A DNA stretch of 64,000 bases, taken from contig DATHJY010000013.1 in assembly GCA_035489575.1 (NCBI GenBank), positions 91,346 to 155,345 of the forward strand, read 5' to 3'. Origin of the DNA: Verrucomicrobiia bacterium. Its GTDB lineage: Bacteria; Patescibacteriota; Saccharimonadia; Saccharimonadales; JAGQNK01. Under the pieces are notes generated by a model, which worked only from the letters and a program-made list of their open reading frames with translations, had not been told where the DNA came from and ran no database searches. Below, one piece after another: positions 26,892-34,631 of the stretch; the first letter of the stretch is position 1, and each line of letters opens with the position of its first letter. Position numbers and translations under genes: made by a program.

Positions 26892-27773
26892 ATGAACTTA
26901 CCTCCCGAAGTACGCAGCTACGTCATAAGCATGATGCAGCAGGGTTATGGGCCCGAACAAATCCGCGCTGGTCTGCAGCAGGCGGGGTGGGACACTGCTG
27001 CTGCCGCGCAGATAGTGGCCTTTTATTTTGCACCCCAACAATCCATGCAATCTGCACATCCCCTGCGCAGAGCCACCCTCAAAAGATTTATCATACTGCT
27101 CGTAGCATGCCTTGTGATCGGTGGAGGCGTGGGAGCATATATGCTTCTGAAAGATCGCTCTGGGCAGCACAATGATCCGCATTCAAAGCAGGATGAACAC
27201 CAGTCAAAAGACATCACCAACCAACCAAGCGCGGACGCCTACACTGAGTTTGCGCAGCTAAAAGGGACAACCCTTTTACTGTCGAAGAAATGGACCACCA
27301 AACCCCGGAGCGAGCCGTCGTCATATGTATCTATTCTTAATTTCGACCCAGGGGCGGTTGCGTCCGAATTAAAGGCTGATGATCGTTATCCCAGGAATGC
27401 TAATTTTTATCACGATGTTAAACGAAGAGACCTCAAAACATACCCATATTCACTGGATAAAATGTATGAGGTTCAGCTGTTTAGCAGACAGCTACCCATA
27501 CCCGCCACGTTAACCGAAGAAGCCATCAAAACCCAAGAAAAAGACAAAATAGAAGACCTGCAGATGTACAAGGTTAACGGCATTACGGTGGCTGACTACA
27601 TAACCAAACCCGGCGAAAACGCGCTTGATCAAAGGATTATCCTCATAAGAGACCAGGCAGGCACCAAAGAAGTGACCGTTGTCATAAACCCCAACCAAAG
27701 CCGGGACAAGATCACCAAAGACAATTTTGATGGCCTTATGGAACTGATAGGTTCTATCAAGTTTGTACCATAA
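26892..27773 (+). CDS. Hypothetical single-pass membrane protein
   Basis: Frame of ORF 26763..27773; ATG 26892 (MNLPPEVRSYVISMMQQGYGPEQIRAGLQQAGW...). TM helix FIILLVACLVIGGGVGAYMLL. Confidence 0.45.
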   Translation: MNLPPEVRSYVISMMQQGYGPEQIRAGLQQAGWDTAAAAQIVAFYFAPQQSMQSAHPLRRATLKRFIILLVACLVIGGGVGAYMLLKDRSGQHNDPHSKQDEHQSKDITNQPSADAYTEFAQLKGTTLLLSKKWTTKPRSEPSSYVSILNFDPGAVASELKADDRYPRNANFYHDVKRRDLKTYPYSLDKMYEVQLFSRQLPIPATLTEEAIKTQEKDKIEDLQMYKVNGITVADYITKPGENALDQRIILIRDQAGTKEVTVVINPNQSRDKITKDNFDGLMELIGSIKFVP

Positions 27774-27921
27774 CTGATTCTTTTATTTCTAATTGATTAG
27801 AGTTAACCAAGCCTGTAAGATGGGCTGGATACCGGTTAGGCATTGCCTATCAAGTAGATAGAACACGGCCTAAATACCCCGGTATTGCTATTTTTAATCG
27901 GAAAACCCCTAAGGAGGGTTA

Positions 27922-28923
27922 GTGTTGCGTTTTCGGGTTGCTCCGCTTTGTGGTGCCGCTTTGTTGGTTGTGGGCCTGTCGGCTTGCGGCCTTCCCAAGC
28001 ACGATGAGAACTCCGGTGCCCAGGTGGACATCGTGGCAGCCGGCGACAGCTACAGCACCGGGCAGGGCTCTGCTGGTGCCTACTACGCCAACGGTGACGG
28101 TGATGCCAAGAGCCCAGACGATCCTCGGACCACCTGGCGCCAGGGCACACCAGTAGCAGGCGACCTGGGGTGTCACCGCAACCACGACGCGGCAGCCGAG
28201 CAGCTGTGGCGTGAGACAGACAGCGCTGGCTCGTTCATCAACGCCTCGTGCAGCGGTGACGTCATTGCCAACCTGACCGGCAGCAATGTACCGCCGCAGT
28301 TGAACGATTTCGATGTGGCCCAGCGAGAAGATGTCGAGCTGATCACCATCACGGCTGGGGGTAACGACCTCCATTTCACGAGCATCGTGGCCAACTGCTT
28401 CTTCCCCGGCGTCGCGGCCAATGGTCCGTGTCGAGAGCAGCAGGACATTGCCCTCGACCTCCTGGACGCAAGCGGTGGGAAGAGCCAGATCCAGAGCCAG
28501 ACCCAAGCGGCTCTGGAGCACCTGGGTCAGCAGTTCCCGAATGCACTCGTGGTGCTGATCGGCTACCCCCTCATCTTCGAGGGAAGTTCGTTCGTGCTGC
28601 CGGCTGACACCACGCATGCCGTGTTCGACCCAGCTGCTGCCATACTGGACGGCATCGAGCTGCTCAACTCGCAGCAGGCCCAAGTGGTGGACGACCTCAA
28701 CGACTCGTTCGGCGAGAAGCGGTTCGTGTTCATGCCACTCCACGAGGACGACAACATGGGCGACTTCGACGGACACGGTCTGGGCGGAGCAGGGCAGGAC
28801 TTCCTGAACGATCTCAGCGCCACGCCGGATTCCAGCGAGTGGGTCCATCCCAACGCCGCCGGTACGGCCGCCATGGGCGATGCCCTCCGCGACCTGCCAG
28901 AGGTACAGGCGTTGTTCGCCTAG
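27922..28923 (+). CDS. SGNH/GDSL-family lipase/esterase lipoprotein (G+C-rich gene)
   Basis: GTG start lies 5 nt after AAGGAGGG. Lipobox is LVVGLSAC. SGNH blocks are present: VAAGDSYSTG, ITAGGNDL, WVHPNAAG. One 60-nt sample counted by hand gave about 70% GC versus about 50% in the flanks. Confidence 0.7.
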   Translation: MLRFRVAPLCGAALLVVGLSACGLPKHDENSGAQVDIVAAGDSYSTGQGSAGAYYANGDGDAKSPDDPRTTWRQGTPVAGDLGCHRNHDAAAEQLWRETDSAGSFINASCSGDVIANLTGSNVPPQLNDFDVAQREDVELITITAGGNDLHFTSIVANCFFPGVAANGPCREQQDIALDLLDASGGKSQIQSQTQAALEHLGQQFPNALVVLIGYPLIFEGSSFVLPADTTHAVFDPAAAILDGIELLNSQQAQVVDDLNDSFGEKRFVFMPLHEDDNMGDFDGHGLGGAGQDFLNDLSATPDSSEWVHPNAAGTAAMGDALRDLPEVQALFA

Positions 28924-28979
28924 CTTCGCAGCTGGGTGCAGCAAGTGTTTATCCGATTACCGCTGGGGTAACTCAGTAG

Positions 28980-29033
28980 CTTACAGATGGGGCATGAAAC
29001 CCGCCCGCCGGCAAGTAGTGCCCCATCTGTAAG
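28980..29033 (+). terminator. 15-bp perfect inverted repeat with a 24-nt loop directly after the SGNH gene
   Basis: CTTACAGATGGGGCA (28980-28994) and TGCCCCATCTGTAAG (29019-29033). There is no clear T-tract. Confidence 0.4.
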
Positions 29034-29210
29034 GATTTATTCAACCTACCAAGTCCGCTGATCTATTGGAATTTCCCAATATCTCCTCTCTAGGGCGTCC
29101 TCGATCATCGTAATTTCATACTCTAGCCCACCAAAAACTCCATCACATAAATACGAAAGAGCCCTGGCCTTTGGCAAGGGCTCTTTTTGCTGCAACAGCG
29201 TACCGTACTA

Positions 29211-32200
29211 CTAGCGACCAAACTTGGAGGCAAGCAGGCTCAGGTCAAATATGTTGACCCTGCCGTCATGGTTGATATCGGCCCTGCCGAGATCAGATCC
29301 GCTGCGACCAAATCGAGAAGCAAGGATACTTAGGTCGTAGATGTTCACTCTGCCATCTTGGTTTATGTCCTCGTCAATGTAGCTAGGCGTCGGTGGCGTA
29401 GGAGTGGGCGTTGGAGTAGGCGTTACGTTGTTTACCGTAAAGTCGATCCTGCCACTGGAGTTTTGGTTACCAGCTGCGTCCCGGGCTCGAGCTATAACGG
29501 AGTGATTGCCATTATTCAGGCCCAGGTTGATGGTGTTGAGGCTAAATCGATAGGGCGCAGACATATCCGTACCTCTGCTCTGGCCGTCTACCACAAATTC
29601 TACTTGGGATACTCCAACGTTATCAGAAGCGTTGGCAGTGACATCGAAGGTGCCCGAGACAGTGGCATTGTTGGCTGGTGCCGTAATAGAGACTGACGGT
29701 GCGCTCGTGTCAGGGGCTGGGGTTGGATTCGGTGTGGGTGTTGGAGTAGGGGTAGGAGTTGGGGTAGGCGTGGGAGTCGGTGTAGGTGTTGGAGTGGGCG
29801 TAGGGGTGGGTGTAGGAGTCGGTGTGGGGTTCGGGGTTGGATTGGGGTTAGGTCCAGGAGCTGAGATGCCAGGGTTGATATTACAGATCGGGTTAGTGCC
29901 ACAGTACAGCTGGCTTCTTGGCAGCACAGTTCTATACTGGTGTGCGCTCTCTACATAGGCGTTGAAAATTTGGCTGTCGCGAGCAGGGTTGGCTTCTCTC
30001 GCCCCGAAGTTAACCTCGACACGTATTGGATACTTTTGATCCTTGGTCAGCTGTATGGGAGTGCCCATGACTGTCTGCGAATTTGGCTGCCAAGCGTCCA
30101 ATACCAGTTGATTGTTGATCCAGATACGCATACCAACATCTTGGCTACGCCCAAAGGTGTAAGGCTCGGTAAACTGGGCCTGGAATTCTCCGGTCCATCG
30201 ACCAGTAAAGGGCTGTCCCCATGGCTTTATCCATAGTGGTGGCAGGGTATCGTCCTCGGCATAGCTTTCGCTAACCGTAGGCTCGTGCCTGCTGTAGACT
30301 TTTGTAGCAAAGTTACCCGTGAAGTATTCGGCCAGCAGGCCATCGCCGGTGCCGTAGTTGTCTGGCGCAAAAGGTGCAATATCAGTCCTGACGTTCCCGG
30401 CAGTAATCTGATAGGCTTGGCCGCCCTTGGGTTGGACCCGGACGCGGTTACTAGGATGGCTACTGTCGTTACCATAGGCTATGGCAGTGCCAGGTCCTTG
30501 GAACGTTGAATTCACAATGTCTATCCTCTTAGGTATGTAGTTACCCACTCCTTGTATCTGGACGGCATGTTGCGTCCAGTTCCTAAAGATATTGTCATGG
30601 AACAGAGTAGGCACCGGAAGCGCGGGGGGATCAGGCAGCTGGGCCTCAGACGCCGCTACCAGGACGGGGGTAATACCCGCTCCATCCCATACCATGTTTT
30701 CGTACTTCTGCTGCCTGATCGATGAAGTATTAGCCTGGAGTTTTATACCGGCCGTACGGTTACCGTATACTTCGCCGTTAAAGTAGTGGTAGTCGTTGGC
30801 GTATGCACCGTGGATGATACCGTAGGTCTGATTGTAGTAAGTGACAAAGTTGCCAGTAGGGTGCAAGTGTGGGGAGTTTTGCCAAACCTGGATACCATTT
30901 TGGTTGTGGTTGTGCGTTATGTTGTTGTCAAAGCCCCAGACGCCGTGGTCACCGTTGAACCAGGCAAATCCGCCTTGTTCACCAGAGCCCTGTATGCCTA
31001 CGGCGGCATTATTCGTAGCTATGTTACCAACACCGCCCAGCAGGAAGAACGACATGCCGTAGTGACGCGGTATAGTATTTGCCACCAGGTTATGGTTCCA
31101 GACAATGTCATGGCTGTCGCTATTTTTATCTAGATCATGCGGATCCCACCAAAAGGCTGCCGACTTTACCTTATAAGCAATGTTGTTACTCAGTGTCACA
31201 CCATGGCTGGCATGAGTCACAAAGGTATGGAAGTTGCCGTCGCGAGCTACCACGCCATCAATGAGCGAACCGCGTGATGCATCACCCATCAGGTGCATGT
31301 GTATGGCATAGCGGCCTAACTTAAAGTTGGGTTGTTTAATAGCCTCGTCCACACCGCCCGAACCCATATGACGCAGTTGGGCATCCCGTATGAACTGGGG
31401 TTTGTCGGAATGGATGAAGATGTGAGAACTGCCGTTAAAACGACGCTTATCATCCCAGTCGTTTTCGAAAGGTCGAGCAATGGCTGTACCCTCTATACGA
31501 ACGTTTCGCGTCAGGTTACCCACTTCCGCCGTCCACTTGTTGTTTACCATAGGGTGAGCCCTACTTGGACGATCGTTAACTACAACGGTATTGCCCGAAA
31601 TAGATTCAATCTTGCGCTCATCGAAAGCGTTGTAGCTTGACGCACCAACAGTTGGTGCCTCTGTGGGAGAGACAACTATCTCATCGCCCACTCGCCAGCC
31701 CACTGGTACCTCCTTGAGAACAATTGTCCTATTAGCTACCCCGTTGTCTGCGTTTGCGGGGTTCCATGAACCTGCAAGGTTTGTCCAGCTGGTCTTAGAT
31801 GCACCGTCCAGATCCAACTGACCGGTATCCATAACCCACATGCCCACGTCTGTATCGAGCGGTATCATGCCGCCGCCCTGGAAGCCTGGCTCATTAACCT
31901 CTACAAACTGCACAAAATGTTCTACGTCAGGCGTGGCGGGCTTCATAGTAAGCTTGCCCGTAACAATGAAGTTAGCATTGGTAATAAATTTGGAGCTTTT
32001 AGCGGGATCAAAGGTCAGGCTACCCCTGATGTAAGTCGTGCCCATCTTGGGGCTCGTGGTGAGATCAAAGATAACATTGTTACCAACAGTCACCGTGTCA
32101 CCAGTTGCCGGCACACGACCAGTAGACCAAACTGTGGGGTCGCTCCAGCGGCCGTCCTTGACACTGCTAACGGCCTCGGCTGCCCGCGATAGCACCAACA

Positions 32201-32330
32201 GGGAAGCACCCGCTACCGCGAACACAACTACGAAAGCCGCCATCATGGTTCGCTTAGGGTCTCTGGCCAGCTTGCCGTATAGTCGTCTTACTTTGGATGT
32301 GATGTCTTGAGCTCGGGGTGCCGATGCCAT
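29211..32330 (-). CDS. Secreted multidomain protein: G8 + parallel beta-helix + PA14 + (PT)n linker + Ig-like + type-I dockerin
   Basis: G8 region: RWSDPTVWSTGRVPATGDTVTVGNNVIFDL...IRGSLTF. The middle is long and beta-helix-like. PA14 region: LLAEYFTGNFATKVY...FTGRWTGEFQAQFTEPYTF...MRIWINNQLVLDAW. PTPTPT runs are present. Ig-like region: SVSITAPANNATVSGTFDVTANASDNVGVSQVEFVVDG. Dockerin: DINQDGRVNIYDLSILASRFGR...DINHDGRVNIFDLSLLASKFGR. ATG 32330 is preferred (AGGAG 6 nt upstream); the alternative ATG 32390 overlaps the upstream stop (ATGA). Confidence 0.75.
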   Translation of the reverse strand: MASAPRAQDITSKVRRLYGKLARDPKRTMMAAFVVVFAVAGASLLVLSRAAEAVSSVKDGRWSDPTVWSTGRVPATGDTVTVGNNVIFDLTTSPKMGTTYIRGSLTFDPAKSSKFITNANFIVTGKLTMKPATPDVEHFVQFVEVNEPGFQGGGMIPLDTDVGMWVMDTGQLDLDGASKTSWTNLAGSWNPANADNGVANRTIVLKEVPVGWRVGDEIVVSPTEAPTVGASSYNAFDERKIESISGNTVVVNDRPSRAHPMVNNKWTAEVGNLTRNVRIEGTAIARPFENDWDDKRRFNGSSHIFIHSDKPQFIRDAQLRHMGSGGVDEAIKQPNFKLGRYAIHMHLMGDASRGSLIDGVVARDGNFHTFVTHASHGVTLSNNIAYKVKSAAFWWDPHDLDKNSDSHDIVWNHNLVANTIPRHYGMSFFLLGGVGNIATNNAAVGIQGSGEQGGFAWFNGDHGVWGFDNNITHNHNQNGIQVWQNSPHLHPTGNFVTYYNQTYGIIHGAYANDYHYFNGEVYGNRTAGIKLQANTSSIRQQKYENMVWDGAGITPVLVAASEAQLPDPPALPVPTLFHDNIFRNWTQHAVQIQGVGNYIPKRIDIVNSTFQGPGTAIAYGNDSSHPSNRVRVQPKGGQAYQITAGNVRTDIAPFAPDNYGTGDGLLAEYFTGNFATKVYSRHEPTVSESYAEDDTLPPLWIKPWGQPFTGRWTGEFQAQFTEPYTFGRSQDVGMRIWINNQLVLDAWQPNSQTVMGTPIQLTKDQKYPIRVEVNFGAREANPARDSQIFNAYVESAHQYRTVLPRSQLYCGTNPICNINPGISAPGPNPNPTPNPTPTPTPTPTPTPTPTPTPTPTPTPTPTPTPTPNPTPAPDTSAPSVSITAPANNATVSGTFDVTANASDNVGVSQVEFVVDGQSRGTDMSAPYRFSLNTINLGLNNGNHSVIARARDAAGNQNSSGRIDFTVNNVTPTPTPTPTPPTPSYIDEDINQDGRVNIYDLSILASRFGRSGSDLGRADINHDGRVNIFDLSLLASKFGR
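29715..29852 (-). repeat. Tandem hexanucleotide (Pro-Thr)n coding repeat
   Basis: The plus strand reads GGTGTGGGTGTTGGAGTAGGGGTAGGAGTT... and encodes PNPTPTPTPTPTPT... on the minus strand. A shorter second PT run lies at about 29386-29427. Confidence 0.85.
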
Positions 32331-32386
32331 GTTAGTCTCCTGTCTTTGCTTTGTGAGGTGCTTTATCTTTCGCCTTACTGCCGCTC

Positions 32387-33904
32387 TCATTGCTTGCCTT
32401 TATCGTCCTCGTTGGGCGAGACAATACTGCCAGGATCAGGCTTTTGCAGACCAGACACCTTGTCGACTAGATTACCAGTCGGATCTTGTGGGGCAGGAGG
32501 AGTACCTGCTGGGCCAGCTTGTGTAGGTCCTGCACCGTGGCTTCCAGGCCAGTTTGGCACGAACCCTCGGCGACGCTTGACCAAGACGAAGGCTCCGACG
32601 ACGACCAGTGCCACCATAGCTGCGATGCTAGCTGGTAGTAAGAGGGATGGGCGGTTTTCGACAACGGCGAGCTCTTTGAACACAGCCTGCTGCAGTATGA
32701 CGTCAGCAGCCTGAGCGCCATCCTCTGCGGTCTTGATGGGCTGTCCCTTGACCGTGACTTCTTGTGAGTATTTCTTACCCTCTTGCTCGTACTCTACCGT
32801 GTGGTTGCCAGGTGCAACGTCATCAAAGTCAACGCCACCGCTTTCGTCAGTCTTGGCTTCTATAGGGTCAGAGTGCAACACTACCTTCTTATTACGAAGA
32901 GGCTTTTCGTACTTGTCTACCAGATACATATGGATCTTGTAGCCCTTTGTCTTAAAGGTCTCTACCGGCATTTCTGTTCTATTGCCTTGCTCGTCTTCGG
33001 CTATCACCTGGTAGTAGAACTTTGTACCGGGCAATATGACGCTCTCGTTCAGCATAACCTCGTGCTCGGTACCGAAGCCGGTTAGCTCTGTCTGGGCAAC
33101 CAGCTGATTCTCTAGACCATATTTTATGAACATGCGGAATTTTGTTTTAGCCTTGGCCAAGAAGAGTGCTTTGGTGAATTCAATGCGGCGCCTCTGTACG
33201 TCTAGATCAATAGCGGGCTTGCTACCCGAATTGTTAGCGGTGCCACCGGAAGAGCCACTGCCACCACTACCCGAGTTGCTAGAGCCACCCGAGGAAGAAC
33301 CGCCTCCGGATGACGAACCACCGCTCGGCGAAGGTGAAGGGGAGGGACTTGGCTTAGGATTAGGGGTGGACGGATTGGGGCTAGGGGTTGGGGAAGGGGA
33401 AGGAGCAGGCGCCGGAGAAGTAAGGGTTATAGTCGCGCTGCCATTGCTAGGAGTGGTACCAACGCCCACTAACGCACCGGTGCCAGAGACCTGCAGATTA
33501 GTTGTGCCACTGCCAGCAAGGGCCTTGAACGTTACCTGCGTAATAAGAACATCCGTAGAAACTGTTCCTGGGCTAACAAATCGAACCATGCCCACGGTGC
33601 CACCGCCGCCCGAGCCTGGTAGTTCGTACGGAAAGCCAGACCCACCTGAATTGGCAGATACAAACTGGAGCTTAGACTGATCGTAAGTCAGAGTAGCATC
33701 GATTGTATCTATAGCCGTTCCCGGGTTGACCCGCACACCGACGGTTATATTGTTACCATTCTGAACACTGCCTGCTCCCGTGATACTGAACTGACCCGGC
33801 GCCGCAAGGGTATGCTGCAGAAGAAAAGCACCACCAAATAAAGCAGTGAGCCCTCCAACCATAAACATTCTAATTTTTGGAGAGAACGATCGTAACTTTT
33901 TCAA
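32387..33904 (-). CDS. Membrane-anchored cohesin-like scaffold protein
   Basis: Signal/TM N-terminus. Cohesin-like ~140 aa: FSITGAGSVQNGNNITVGVRVNPGTAIDTIDATLTYDQSKLQFVSANSGG...VLITQVTFKALAGSGTTNLQVSG. A P/S/G linker follows. A Cna-B/carboxypeptidase-regulatory-like module reads YKIHMYLVDKYEKPLRNKKVVLHSDPIEAKTDESGGVDFDDVAPGNHTVEY. A TM helix (ASIAAMVALVVVGAFVLV) + KRRRG and a Pro-rich tail close the protein. Confidence 0.6.
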   Translation of the reverse strand: MKKLRSFSPKIRMFMVGGLTALFGGAFLLQHTLAAPGQFSITGAGSVQNGNNITVGVRVNPGTAIDTIDATLTYDQSKLQFVSANSGGSGFPYELPGSGGGGTVGMVRFVSPGTVSTDVLITQVTFKALAGSGTTNLQVSGTGALVGVGTTPSNGSATITLTSPAPAPSPSPTPSPNPSTPNPKPSPSPSPSPSGGSSSGGGSSSGGSSNSGSGGSGSSGGTANNSGSKPAIDLDVQRRRIEFTKALFLAKAKTKFRMFIKYGLENQLVAQTELTGFGTEHEVMLNESVILPGTKFYYQVIAEDEQGNRTEMPVETFKTKGYKIHMYLVDKYEKPLRNKKVVLHSDPIEAKTDESGGVDFDDVAPGNHTVEYEQEGKKYSQEVTVKGQPIKTAEDGAQAADVILQQAVFKELAVVENRPSLLLPASIAAMVALVVVGAFVLVKRRRGFVPNWPGSHGAGPTQAGPAGTPPAPQDPTGNLVDKVSGLQKPDPGSIVSPNEDDKGKQ

Positions 33905-34034
33905 TTTTTTGATACCCCTTATTGTCTCTCAAAATAGTACTTATGCTAAGAAAAAGCAACCAGTATATTAGAGAAATCTTATAGACGCCTGAGAGCGCAG
34001 CCCATGCTTTTCTTTATTAACAGACCAGGATCGT

Positions 34035-34448
34035 TTATTTCTTTGCCGTAACGTTAACCATCCAGGTAATGCCAAACTTATCTATCAGCATGCCAAACTT
34101 GTCACCCCACGGAGCAGCTACAAGTGGTTGCGTTACCGTGCCGCCAGCTGACAGCTTCTGAAAATACTCAGACAACTCGCTATCGTTGGTGCCACTCAGT
34201 GACATGCTGATATTTGCACCCGGCTTGTAGTCCATACTTTTAGGTGTATCGGCTGCCATAAATGTTATGCCATTATCTGCGGTCAGGACTGAGTGCATAA
34301 TATTCTCTTCTTCACTTGGATCATGAGCAGAGTTGAATTCTTTAAAAGTATGCAGCTCTAGCTTGCCGCCAAAAACTGTCTTGTAGAACTCCATAGCTTC
34401 ACGAGTCTTGTCCCTGAAGCTAAGGTAAGGATTAAGTGTCGATTGCAT
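34035..34448 (-). CDS. VOC-superfamily protein (PhnB/YjdN-like glyoxalase fold)
   Basis: LNPYLSFRDKTREAMEFYKTVFGGKLE...APWGDKFGMLIDKFGITWMVN matches the PhnB-like pattern. Confidence 0.7.
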   Translation of the reverse strand: MQSTLNPYLSFRDKTREAMEFYKTVFGGKLELHTFKEFNSAHDPSEEENIMHSVLTADNGITFMAADTPKSMDYKPGANISMSLSGTNDSELSEYFQKLSAGGTVTQPLVAAPWGDKFGMLIDKFGITWMVNVTAKK

Positions 34449-34631
34449 GGTTTTCTCCTATTAATTGTCTGTCCTCATCATACACCAGCTGCCGTTTACA
34501 CTTTCGGTTTGAGCCCGTTTTCGCTACACGACTTTAGCATTCTCGCGTCGATTCCATAGTACCCACCGGATGCGCGTCCAGATGTGATATGGGGTGGCGA
34601 GAGAATGCTAAAATCGTGTAAGATAGGCACT

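Noticed and set aside
27919-28944. 341-aa minus-strand ORF (and nested ORFs) covering the whole SGNH gene
   Set aside because: It is antisense to a gene with clear SGNH blocks, a lipobox and an SD. Its sequence is Arg/Ala/Val/Gly-rich with no motifs. Stop-free antisense frames are expected in ~70% GC DNA.
29386-29852. Short tandem repeats that might be mistaken for a CRISPR or VNTR array
   Set aside because: They have a 6-nt period, lie in frame and encode (Pro-Thr)n linkers inside a long ORF. There are no unique spacers. The same applies to the S/G/P linker at about 33230-33420.
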